DNA of 64,000 nt. It comes from Vicugna vicugna. Taxonomy: Eukaryota. Both the position numbers and the translations under genes were made by a program. The DNA lies in the NCBI GenBank assembly GCA_013265495.1, contig MU062317.1, positions 1,486,229 to 1,550,228 of the forward strand, written 5' to 3'. This document shows positions 38,741 through 49,600 of this stretch, one piece after another. The notes beneath the pieces were generated by a model that did no database searches, was not told the origin of the DNA, and was given only the letters and a program-made list of their open reading frames with translations. Position 1 is the first letter of the stretch. The number at the start of each line of letters is the position of its first letter.

Positions 38741-41700
38741 GGTATGCTGGGGTCAGTGAGGGTGGTGAGGGCGATGCAGCAGGCAGACATGATCATAAGG
38801 ACATCCAAGGACTGAGGTCATAGGAGTCAGGAGGGGCTGTACAGGAGGAGCGGGCTTCAATCCTCAGAGCATCAGCCAAAGGAGGCTCGGAAGGAGGCCC
38901 AAGCAGAGTGTGTTTGGGGATGGAGGAGCTGGTGGTGGTGAGCAGCAGGGATGCTGGAGAGAGGCACAGGCAGATATGGGCCCTCGGAGGTGGAGAAGAG
39001 CCAGGAGGAGATGAAAGAGGCCCCTGAGTCTGGCTAAGGTTGGGGGAGACGCCTGCTCAGAGGCCTGGATGAAAGGGGGATGGGAACTGGGCCCCTGAGG
39101 GCGAGAGGCAGCTGAGCCGCAGGGCATGAGGTGCCAGGCAGGGAGACCTGGGTGTCCGTCAGGTGGGAAAATCAGCACTCGCTTCCTGCTTTCTCGGCAA
39201 ATGAGCCTGGCTTTGTGTTTCTGTACAGAAACAACCCCAACCTGGCGAAGGATGCTCACGGCCCAATCTTAGGTTGCGTTGTCTGGAGGGCACCAGGTGG
39301 GGTCAGGAGGGAGGACCCTGGGTGGATGTCCTGCCATGCCTTGGAGACAGTGGCCCATCTACTCCCGTCCCTGCTAGGAGCCACCTGCAGGGTTTTGCTG
39401 ACGCAGATGCTGCCTCAGATGACAGGGAGCTGCAGACTTTCTCCCTCCTCTTAGCCTGGACCGTCTCCTGGTACCAGATGGGCTGCAGGCACCGGACTTA
39501 ACTCCTGACTCCTGTCAGGGGGACAGGACTGGGATGGGTGAGGGGTCCTTGGGACAGCAGGCCCATCCTGTGTGGCCTGGTGGGGGGGGAGCCAGGGTAC
39601 AGATGCCCCCACACCCTCTCCTGCCTGCAGACCCTCCAGGGTAGACCCCAGGCCACAGTGAGGATGTCTGCCCACTGGGCAGACGGAGGGAGGTGCTGGC
39701 ATGCAGCCCAGATGGAGCCCTGGCCTGGTGGCCTGGACAGCTCAAGAAGGGGCCCGAGGGTGCCCACCTGGCCTTGAACGGCCCTCATGCTGCACCCCAT
39801 CGGGGGCCCACAGCCCCACGCGTCTCCCAGTGTGGACCACTCTGCTTCACTGACCGCCCAGGTGCCTGTGTCCCCCCACATCTTTCTAACCAACCAGCTC
39901 CTTGCTAATTGCGTCTGCCAGGTGTCTGGTCACCCACAAACGGGACGGGCTCTCACCTCAGGGCTGATAACATTTTAGGGTTTTGATTCTGTCAACTGGA
40001 GGAAACAACTTGGCCTAGAACCGGCGAGGCCCCGGGCCCACAGCAGCCACTTGACGGTAGCAGCGGGGCCTGCGCCGGCTTTATTCACAGCAAGGTCTCT
40101 CCGCCTTGGTCTCGATGTCCTACACAGGTGATTAGGGAGTCTAATTGAATCGGCTATAAAAAGATAATTAATTGGCTTTTCCCTCCCAGAGAGGTCAGGC
40201 TGCCCGATCTCCCTGGCCGGCTCGGCCTCCTCTCTCTGGAGGCAGCATAGTGACCTTTATCTTGCTGATAAAGCTGTAATTGTTGTAATTAAAATCGACA
40301 TAAAGGCTTCAGAAGTCACTCGCGGGAGCGGAGGACAGGCGTCTGCTCACAGGGGCCTCCCGGTGGGCCGCTCTGGCTGGGGGACCCCAGAAACAGGCCA
40401 GGAGCAGCTCCAGGGGCCCTGGAGGCCAAGGCAAGACGATCACCCGAGAACAATGTCCCCTTGAGCACACGAGGGGACATGGGACATTTCTGGCCCTTGG
40501 GGGCACCCTCAGGCCCCCGCAGCCCAGACGCAGGGCTGGTGGACTCCGCCAGGATCTGGTGTGCTTGGAAGTGGCCGCTCGGACTGAGGAAGCCCCAGCA
40601 GGAGGACGGCCGCCCCGTTCCCGGAGGGGATCTGCCGTGGCAGTGCCGGGGCCTCGCTGCGTGCCCAGCGGCGTCTCTGTGGCTGAGTCTGTTCTCAGAC
40701 GTCGGGGGTCCTCCCATGCAGTTGGGCCCCTGGGGACCAGGTCTTCAGCGGGGCGGACAGGGTGAAACAGGGGCCAACGAGGGGCCGTCGCACCGCAGCA
40801 GCCTCACAGTTCAGCTGCGTGAGCAGAGGCTGGAGGGCCCGGCGTCCAGGAGGCTGAGGCTGGTGGCAGCCGGGGATGCGGGAGGAGGTCAACAGGAGTT
40901 TGGAGCCGGCACGGACGGCGCCTGAGTGAGAATCTGCATGCTAGATGGAGTGTGAGGAATGGACCAGAGAGCCGAGCTAGGCGGAGAGGCTGGGCAGTGG
41001 CCTGGACCCCCACTGGTGACCATGGCATCGCCCATAAGGACAGGGACCGAGAGGGCTTGGGAGACCAGTACCATCGCCCATGCTCCTCACCAAGAGGGGA
41101 CTGAGCTGCAGGAGGGGTGGCAACAGGCCTGGGGGACCCAGGGCCCCATGGGGTGGGAGTGTCTGCAGGGAGCTGGAGGCGGGGGCTCCTCTGGGTAAAC
41201 GCAGTGCTGACATCCACGGTGAGTGAGGTGCCCACCCAAGGAGGGGGCGGGATAGGAGAGAAAGGGCCAGGTGTGCCCAGGACAGGCGTTGGATGTCCAG
41301 CAGAGGGGCCAGGGAGGGCAGCCAGTGGGGACAGCGGGAGAGAGGTTGTCTGTGGCCGCTGACACCGGAGCAGGTGGGTGTACTGCAGGGTGGGGCCCAA
41401 GCAAGCCCCTGACGTCGGGGGTGGGGGATGCTGGGCCGTGGTCATGGGGGGCCTGGAACCTCAACAAATGTGGAGAAGCCTGTACTGACCGTCCCAGCGC
41501 CCTGAGCGATGCAGCACGAATGGATGGAAACCCCACGGCAGACTAAAGAGCCGCTGTTCTCAGTGGGAGACAGAAACCTGAAAGGCCTCTCCCGGGCCTG
41601 CTGAGCACCATGTCTTGATCCGGAACCCCCAGATCCCCACGAGGCTTGCGGCCTCATCAAGTGCCGCCAGGCCACCGTGCTGCCTCCCCAGCCTGTCTCC

Positions 41701-44518
41701 AGCCAGGCCTGGACGCCACCCAGCCCACAAATGTTCCACCCGGCAGTCCACACACAGGCCACCTGAGGATGGGGTGGCCAGGGATGGCGGGCCGGCCTGT
41801 CTGGACGTCACACATGCAGAGCAAACAGAAGCTGGCTGTCCAACTGGACGAGCCAGGAAGCCACCATCCAGCCAAGACAGAAGAGGCGAAGGAGGCAGTA
41901 GGGAGCGTGTCCAAGGAGCAGGGCAGCGTGTGTGGCCAGAGGGGGCTGACCTGGCCAGGCTGGACTGTGTTCTGGGGACAGTGGGGGCAGCGGCCTGGCT
42001 CCGTGGGGGTTATTGGGAAACAGATCTGAGGGCGAGGGAGGACCCAGGAGTCCAAGAGAGCAGTGCCATGTAGGGGGAAGTGCTGGGGCCCGTGGGGGAC
42101 GTGGTGGGCACGGTGGATCCAGATGCATTTGAGACAGAGTTGGTGCTGCTGCCAAGACCAGAGGAAGCGTGGGGACCAATGGGGCTGCCCCTCCCCCCGC
42201 TTCTGGCTCAAGGGCCTGGGTGGGTGCCAGGCAGATTTGGGGGTTCCCTCTGAGAAGTAAGCATGTGAGGCTGGTGGAAATGGCAGGAGGCGGTCAGCAG
42301 CCCAGCTCAGTGTGGGCAGCACGCGTCTGTGGAGATGGGTGCCCGTGGTCAGTAAGGCCCACCTCCAACCCCGTGTCCAGGTCGTCCTGACTCCAAAGGC
42401 TGCCCTGTTGCCCACCCCCCTCCCCTCCACGTAGGGCAGTCCCATGGGGTCCGATGCACGTCCCAACTCCCAGTCCCAGGCCAAGGGCCAAACGTGCCTG
42501 GGGCTGCAGACACAGCTGCCTTTGGGGTTTAAGCCAGCCTGTGCTGGGTTCTCTCCCTTGCAACAAAGAGAGTCCTGGAGCCGCCACCGCCTCTGCCCTT
42601 GGACTGGGAATGCTGCGTCCCAGGGTCTGCCCTCCCGGCTGGGAGCTGCAGGCGCACCTGAGCCACCATCGGGTTCCCTGAGTCCTCTCCCCGCCAACTC
42701 CATCAGTTTGATTTCAGCGCTGCGTGTGCTCCCGGGAGCGCCCGAGGCTCCCACTGCACCGTCTGAGCCTTGGTCTCCCTCACTCACACCTGTGCTTCAA
42801 GGAGGCGCCGCGAGTTTCCCTGAGAGCCTCCCCTGAGTGCTCGGCGCCCATGACGGTCAGGAGGACTGGCTGCTTCAACAGCCCCGCCCTGAGCCCGACG
42901 GACATGGCTTGGATGTGCGCTGATCCGCATGCCAGATGCGTTTCCATGTCCCCACCCGGTTCCCAGCCCCCAAAGGGCGTTTTTTGATCCCAGGTCTGGA
43001 GCTGCTGCTCCAGCAGGAACCAGAGGCCTTAGCAAGTTCTAGCTCCGGCTGGGGTCCGGGCCAGCGTGGTCACCTTGGCAGAGGGCTGTTAGGACACAGC
43101 ACGGGGGTCTTTATTGTCCAGCGGTGTCGATAAAAGAGGCAGGCCAAGCTAGCTCCTCTGGAACCCGCGTGGAAACCGGCGGTGCATGAAAAAATGGAAA
43201 TTGTGCCGTCAGCAGCGCGGTTCCCCGCTATTGCCCAGGACGTAAATAGTGGGAGGGCAGCAGAAGCTAATGGGCAGGAGGACGTTAGCTGGAGAACGTC
43301 CTTGCGGAAAGAAAGACTTTCCTCTGTATAATGTGTCATAATGATGAGATTAAGACACCTCTGAGAGAAATAATTCCCCGCCTGCAATTTGGAAATACTT
43401 CTTGGGCCCGTCGCCGCCTCTCCCTGCAGAAGGTGGGCCCTGGGGAAGGGCTGTTAGTGGCTGAGGCCCCAGGGCCCCATCCAGAGCACGGATGACAGAC
43501 CCCCCTCCACTCACCCCGAGCCCCTACCCTCCAAGGGGGACTTTGCCGGCAGGAGTGTCCAGCCACCTCCCCGAGGCCAGCTTTTGCTAACGTGCGTGCC
43601 CCACTGGTATATGTGGGCTAGGCAGGGACCCTGGGGACAGGCTGGTCAGGAGAGCCTGGATGTCCAGCCTCCATAGGAGAGCGGGCCTGAGGGGCACATG
43701 TTTGCGTCAGTCTGGGTGGTCCTGCACCAGGGCCACGACCCAGCCCCACCCCGGCTCAGCTGCCGCCTCCTGTGCAGAAGAGATGAAGGAGGGCAGCTGA
43801 GGCTGCCTGGGGGTAGCGGAAGGAGCCTGGGGACATGCCTGCAGGAAGGGACGCTCCTGTCATCCTCACACCTTGAGACGGGGAGGCCAGGATGGGCAGG
43901 GGTCCCGGTGGGGTGCCTGCTGCAGAGGCAGAAGGCTGAGCCCACTCCTCTGACATTCTGTGGCGCTGGAGACTGTCAGGGTCTTGCCTTGCGTGGCCTA
44001 CTGACAGCTGCAGGCTCTCCTGAGCTCTGTGCTCACACGGATGTGGCCTGACATCACTCGGGCCGTGGGAAAGTCCTCTGGTCACACTGCTTAGAGAGGG
44101 TGCTGGGCTCTGCCTGGCTGAGCTCAAGGCCTCTCTCCTGGGGCCGGTCCAGGCCTGGCCAAGATGCCCAGGGCCTCAGCCCTCAGGAGACCCCCCTGCC
44201 CCAGGGCATCGCCTGCCAGGCCTGATGGTGGACCCCAGACGAAGGGGTCAAGGGGCTGTGGACCCCAAAGGACACTGGCTACAGAGCTGCTGTCTACACC
44301 AGGCCCAGCCTTGCCCCTGCCTGGCCTCTCCCCTGGAGGTGGCCTTGTGGCCAGCTCTCTGGGCAGCAGGGCCAGGACCCCAGCCCCGCCGGGGCCCACG
44401 TGGCCGTCCATGGACGTCTCACTTGAGAGGCCACGTGAAAGCTGCTTCCTGACCTTTGCTTCGTGACACTCAGAGGGCCTTCCTTTCTTCCCTTTTCTGA
44501 AAGTCGCTCACCCCTCAG

Positions 44519-44652
44519 CCAGGAGACACGAGACCCCCTGTCCCAAGCACTGTCAGCGTGTGGAGCGAGGCTATGCCCAGTTCTCAGACGTCTGCCTCGG
44601 CGCCCCTCCGCCCGAGCACCGCCCCATCCTGTTCCTGGACAGCCTCCACGAG
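44519..44652 (+). CDS. MORN1: MORN1 exon 11 (ARRHETPCPKHCQRVERGYAQFSDVCLGAPPPEHRPILFLDSLHE); alternative acceptor gives start 44504
   Basis: Matches recalled [33 protein letters not shown]; donor GAG|GTAGGG; acceptor CTCAG at 44518 or GAAAG at 44503. Confidence 0.9.
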
Positions 44653-44786
44653 GTAGGGGTGGGAAACCCCCGACCGGGCTCAGCTGCACTGCCCGACACT
44701 GAGGCCAGTGTATGGGGGGTGCTGGGAGGGGGGCGCCGTGGGGAGCCTCTAATCTCTCCCCGCCCCTCGCCCACCCCTCCTAAAAG

Positions 44787-44860
44787 GCAAGCGGCCGGCC
44801 CGGAGGGCTGGGCCCCAGAAACATGACGCCCACAGCGCAGGACTCGCCAGAAGGCAGCAG
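44787..44860 (+). CDS. MORN1: MORN1 exon 12 (ASGRPGGLGPRNMTPTAQDSPEGS-R)
   Basis: Acceptor CCTCCTAAAAG, strong donor CAG|GTAAGA; similar to recalled [25 protein letters not shown]; frame fits neighbours. Confidence 0.85.
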
Positions 44861-46590
44861 GTAAGAGAGGTCGACCCACTCAGGGAACCTGGGGGCTTGG
44901 TCTGGCCGCCCCATCAGCTGCGCCACAGATGGGGCCTCCCAGGTGTGCACATTCAGGGGGGCCTTCCCCACCCACCTGGACGTGGAAAGGCACGGACGTG
45001 GAGGGCAAGGCTTCAGCCCACCCCGGAGTCCGCATGCTTCCGTGGCCTGCGGAGCAGGGAGTGGTGGCCGGGTTGAGGATGTCCCTGCACCGAGGGCCTT
45101 GATGGGAGGGGGCCGCCGAGTGGAGCCCCACCCATGTCCCACGCTGTCCTATGGAAACTCGCTCAGCCAGGCCCAACAGGGGTGGCGCAGAGTGACCACA
45201 GGGGCCTCGTTCCTCTTGGGGCCTGCAGGACACTGGGTGTGTGGACAGGGGCTGGGAGGACCCACCAGGCGGGCACCAGGCCCCTCGGGCAGGAGGGCGG
45301 GCACTGTGGCTGGCACTTCGTCTCCAAGCATCCCTCTCCGCTCTTCCCAGCTGAGTTTGGGTCTCTGCCTGACACAGTGGACAGGGCTGTGTGGTCCTAC
45401 AGGGAGGCCAGGGGTCGCCACACTCCTCCAGCCTCGACCCTGCGGAGGAAGGCTGGATTCGGGGGAAGCTTTCCTGGCAGCACCTTCAAGCCACGCAGCC
45501 CCGGGGCTCAGGCAGGGCTGACCCTCACCTCCCACCCAGACCCCAAGCACCTCGGCGCCATGAGCACGACCTCACCCCTCCCGGAGCCGCCGGTGCCCCC
45601 GCCACCTAGGGTCTCCTTTGCGGGTAGAACTGTGAGGTGCGGCAGAGCAGGGCTGGGCTGGAGGCAGGAGGTGCTGGCAACTCGGCCACAGACCCTGAGC
45701 AAAATCACTGCTCCCCCGGAGGGCACCCAGTCCCTGGGCAGATGGGACGGGAAAGCACGGCCCCTCTGGTGGCAGGGAGGGGCCTCGGGGGCCAGGGAGG
45801 CGCCAGGCCTTCCAAGACGCCCACCTGCCGCCGCGGCCCAGCCTCCGACCCAGGTGTGAGGCTCCTGGGTCCACGGGAGCTGAGGTCAGCGTGCTGTGGG
45901 CGCCTCTCGGGGCACAGAGGGCCTTGCCCACAGAAAAGCAGAGGCCTGCGGGCCAGACCCAGCATCAGAGCCCTAGGAAAACAAGAAGCACGGGGCACGC
46001 GGGAAGGCGGCCCGCAGCCGGCTTGAGCGGCTGCAGCGGCCCCGGGGGCGCCGTCGGGTGTGGGGCGGGCTGGCAGGACTCCCCTCTCAAGGCGGACCCG
46101 GGAGGAGCCGCTTCCAGTGGAAGGTGTTGTCGTGTTGAGTCGCGGTTTGTGAACTAAATAGGAAGCTCGCTTTGCACGGTGAGTGGCGGAGCACAGACTG
46201 AAAAAAGGAAAAGAAGAGAAACAGGCAAGGTCCGGCACAGCGCGGGGTTCCCACGTCTGCCCAGCGTGTGGGTCTCGGGGACGCGCGTGGGAGGCAAGAG
46301 CCAAAGCACCGCAAGGGTAATGCGCATAAACGCGCACAGACCCCGCGCCAGGTCCTGTGGCTGTGGTGACTTGGCGGCTGAGGTCGGTGCTGAAATGTCT
46401 CGATTTCAGCAAAAAGAAGGCTCTGGCGGTCCAATTCCTCCAACGAGACAGGGCACAGCCTGCCAGCTCCGCTGAGGGGTTTCCAGTCCTCTGCTGGGGG
46501 TACCAGCCCAGGGAGGTCTGTGTACACTGTGCGACTGCCCCGTGCCGCGTCTGTGTTCCCTGCAAGCTGGGAGTCCCGGGCGGAGGCTGC

Positions 46591-46647
46591 GGGCCCGGCC
46601 TGGGGGAGGCCCGGCCTAGGGAGGCCCGGCCTGGGGAGGCCCGGCCC
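46591..46647 (+). repeat. Short tandem repeat, about 3.5 copies of GGAGGCCCGGCCT(G/A)G
   Basis: Seen directly in intron 12. Confidence 0.85.
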
Positions 46648-49600
46648 GTTCTCCCCAGGGAGCCCATCTCAGTGAAGTGGAGCTCCTTGTCCGAATATAG
46701 AAACGCGGGAGGTATTTTTAACCGTGAACTCTCCCGCAGCTCACGGCCATCCCCCCTCCACTGACCCGGGGGCCCACTTGGGGAGGGGCAGGGCCCCGGA
46801 TGGAGAGGCCCCCGTGGGGCCTGGAGCTGCCCTGATTAAACAGACACGTCCACGCATAGACATGGAAGCCCTGGCCTGGCCACATGCCCTTCCCCGAGCC
46901 CACCTCCTGGCCCCGGGTCCTTAACCACCCTCAGACCCCGCACCGTCCCTGCCGTCCAGCACTGCCCTCGGGGCACTGGCCTCATACTTCTCCCAGGGCC
47001 CCAGCTCTGCCCGGGTCCCCTTGCCCCTCTGCGTGTGGGTGTGGTCCTCTGCCCCCACCCAGGGAAAGAGCCCCGGGGCCTCTGGCCAGGAATGTGGGAT
47101 GTGGGCCACCCTGATGACCCCACCACCACCCTGCCACCTCCTTACACTTGTCTGGACACCAACACCCTGTGCCAGTGTCCAAACCTGGCTCCTGACCCAG
47201 AAAGCCCACCTTCTGGATTCCTCAGAAAACTGCCCCTCCCAGCAACCAGGCCGCCTCCGCCAAATGGGAAGCACCTGGGCCTTCAGAGGCTGCGTCGGGT
47301 TTGCGTTGAGAACCTGCGAGAAGCCAGGTTCCCGCTGGGTCCGCACCCCCTCGGGGGGCAGGGTGTTTGCACAGAACTGGCCCCTGGGTGAATGGGGCCC
47401 AGGGACAGCTCCCCCTGACACCCTGCGAGGCCCCACCTGGCAGCCAGGTCATGGGCTGGGACTCTGGTTTGTGAATGACGGACCCAGGGGGTGGGGCGCG
47501 GGCACAAGGACGAGGCGCCCTGTGGCCAGTGGGTCCTCGCGGGCTCTGAGCTCCTTCCCCTTCCAAGGGCCACCGTGGCACCGTCGCACAGACAGCTGGG
47601 TTTCCGGGGGCTCCGTCCGCCGTCACTGGGGCCCCTGGTTCTGCAGCGGGGAGCACGCTGAGGTGCGTGCAGGGCCAGTCGGGTCTTCCACTGGCTCCCC
47701 CGCCCCCAGGCTGCCTCGGCAAACGCAGAGACCGCAGGGCCGCTCCGTCCATAGTCCATCGAGGCTAGCCCAAGCCCCGGTCTCCATCTGTAATTCTACA
47801 TCCATCCGCCTCCCAGGTCTACAGTGAGCTCCCTGGAGGGAGGGGTGGCCAGAGGGAGGTGACCAACAGGCAAAGGCTGGGCGGGGCCGGCAAGGGGGCT
47901 GCCTGTAGTCTCACCCTGTGGCACCCGGAAGGCACAGACCAGCGGTCACTCCTAGTACAGCCTGAGGCTGGCGGAGACCCCACCGAGGCCCCGCCGAAAC
48001 CCCCCAGGGCCACCGAGCCCAGGCCCTCCCCGCCCACTCTTCCCTCCCAGCAAACGCAGCCCTGCACCCGAGAGGGGTTTTCACTCATCTCAGACGTCCG
48101 GCCCTTCTCGCTAAAGACGTAGGTATTGACAGGAGCTAATTACAAACAGCCGTGACCGTGTCCCTACTTGCTCTGAATCTCGGGCCAGCTGGCAGACACG
48201 GCTGCAGACGAGGCTCCCAAGGTGTAACAGTTTTCCTCGGTGCAAGATGGAATGTGTGTGGATGACTTCCTCACCCGGGAACGGTGGCCCACCTGCCTGG
48301 CAGGGTGCAGCCGAGCCCTCACCCTGATGTCTGGTCGCCAAGTGTGCAGCAGGTGATGCCGGAAACCCTTCCGTTTCCCCTGAAATCCTGTTCCCAGCAG
48401 CCTGAGTTTGAGGCCTTTGGACATGGTGGCCTAGTGACATCTGACACCTGGCAGTGACCGTGGAGTCGCTGGGCTCGCATATAGGTTTTGGCCTCTCAGT
48501 GCTGGACCCCAAAGCCCAGGCAGGATGGGGAAACAGCTGGATTCAGGTGGCTGCCATCCCACGGGGCGACCTGAGCGAAGTCCGGGACAGGCCAGCACTC
48601 CTCAGCTTCCGTCCCCGCAGAAGGTGCCCAGGTGGCCAGCTGCAGGGCTGGGCCCAGGGCACACTGGGCCCCTCAGAGCAGCCTTGGCCGTGCCCACAGC
48701 CTGAATAGCCCTTCACACAGCAGCCACCTCCCTGCCCTCCAGCCCCCGAGCCCACTGTGGATCCTCACCTGGTGACCACAGGACACCGCACATTGGCCAC
48801 TTGTTAGCTCCTCCCACCGTGACCATCCGGGGTCTCCAGCAACAGGAATGATTGAAAAGGTGCCTCTCCATCCCCCAGAGGTTAGCGTGACACACCACCC
48901 TGTGACTTTGAAGCTGAGGGGGTCTTTTTCCCCTTAACAAGGGGGCATGTTCAGGAGGAGCCACTTGACTTTTGTGACAACGTTCAGGCTTAATGCTGAA
49001 ATATCTTTGACAAAGAAAAATTACCTTTGAGCTCCCTAAAATAGGGACTTCAATAGAGAGAAGGGGTCCCTCTGGGGCAGACTGGCACCCTCTGCCTGGG
49101 GGTCTCGGCCTTCCCAGAGCCTGGCCAGCGGCCCCCAGGTCCTGGCCCCTCCAGCAGACACACCCTCACCTCTTGCTCTTGTAGGGATGGGGCACATGCC
49201 TACCTGGGGAAGGGGCCCCAGTTCAGCTAAGTCCTGGGGCCCATCATCACAGACCCCTGCCCTGTGGGCGGAGCAAGGCAGGGTTTGCACCCACCCGCAG
49301 AGCTGGGCTGGAAGGGCCCCGCGTGTGGCCCACAGGGGAGGGGCGGGTCCTGGGGGGTTGCAGAAGAGATGGGGCCCGGCTGACCGTCTCTTCCCCAGGA
49401 ATGGCTGGGCCCTGGCACCCCTGTTGTCCCCACGTCTGTGGCTTCTTCACTGTATCAAAGTCTGATTCCTGAGCTGCTGCCTCACTGCAGTCAGGGGAGC
49501 CTGTCCCCCCAAAGCCAGGGAGACGAACGGCCCAGGGCTGGGGCAGCCCCTCGGTGCAGACCCAGGACCTGGAGGTCGGCGGGTGGCCCCGCACAGCGCG

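Noticed and set aside
38325-38808. ORFs spanning the N run
   Set aside because: Artefacts of the gap and trinucleotide repeat.
41657-42787. 376-aa - strand ORF (likewise 36496-37518 and 45705-46667)
   Set aside because: No domain or family resemblance; overlapping ORFs in several frames indicate compositional noise.
46591-46647. CRISPR-like or functional repeat array
   Set aside because: Eukaryotic DNA; directly adjacent units with no spacers, so an ordinary short tandem repeat.
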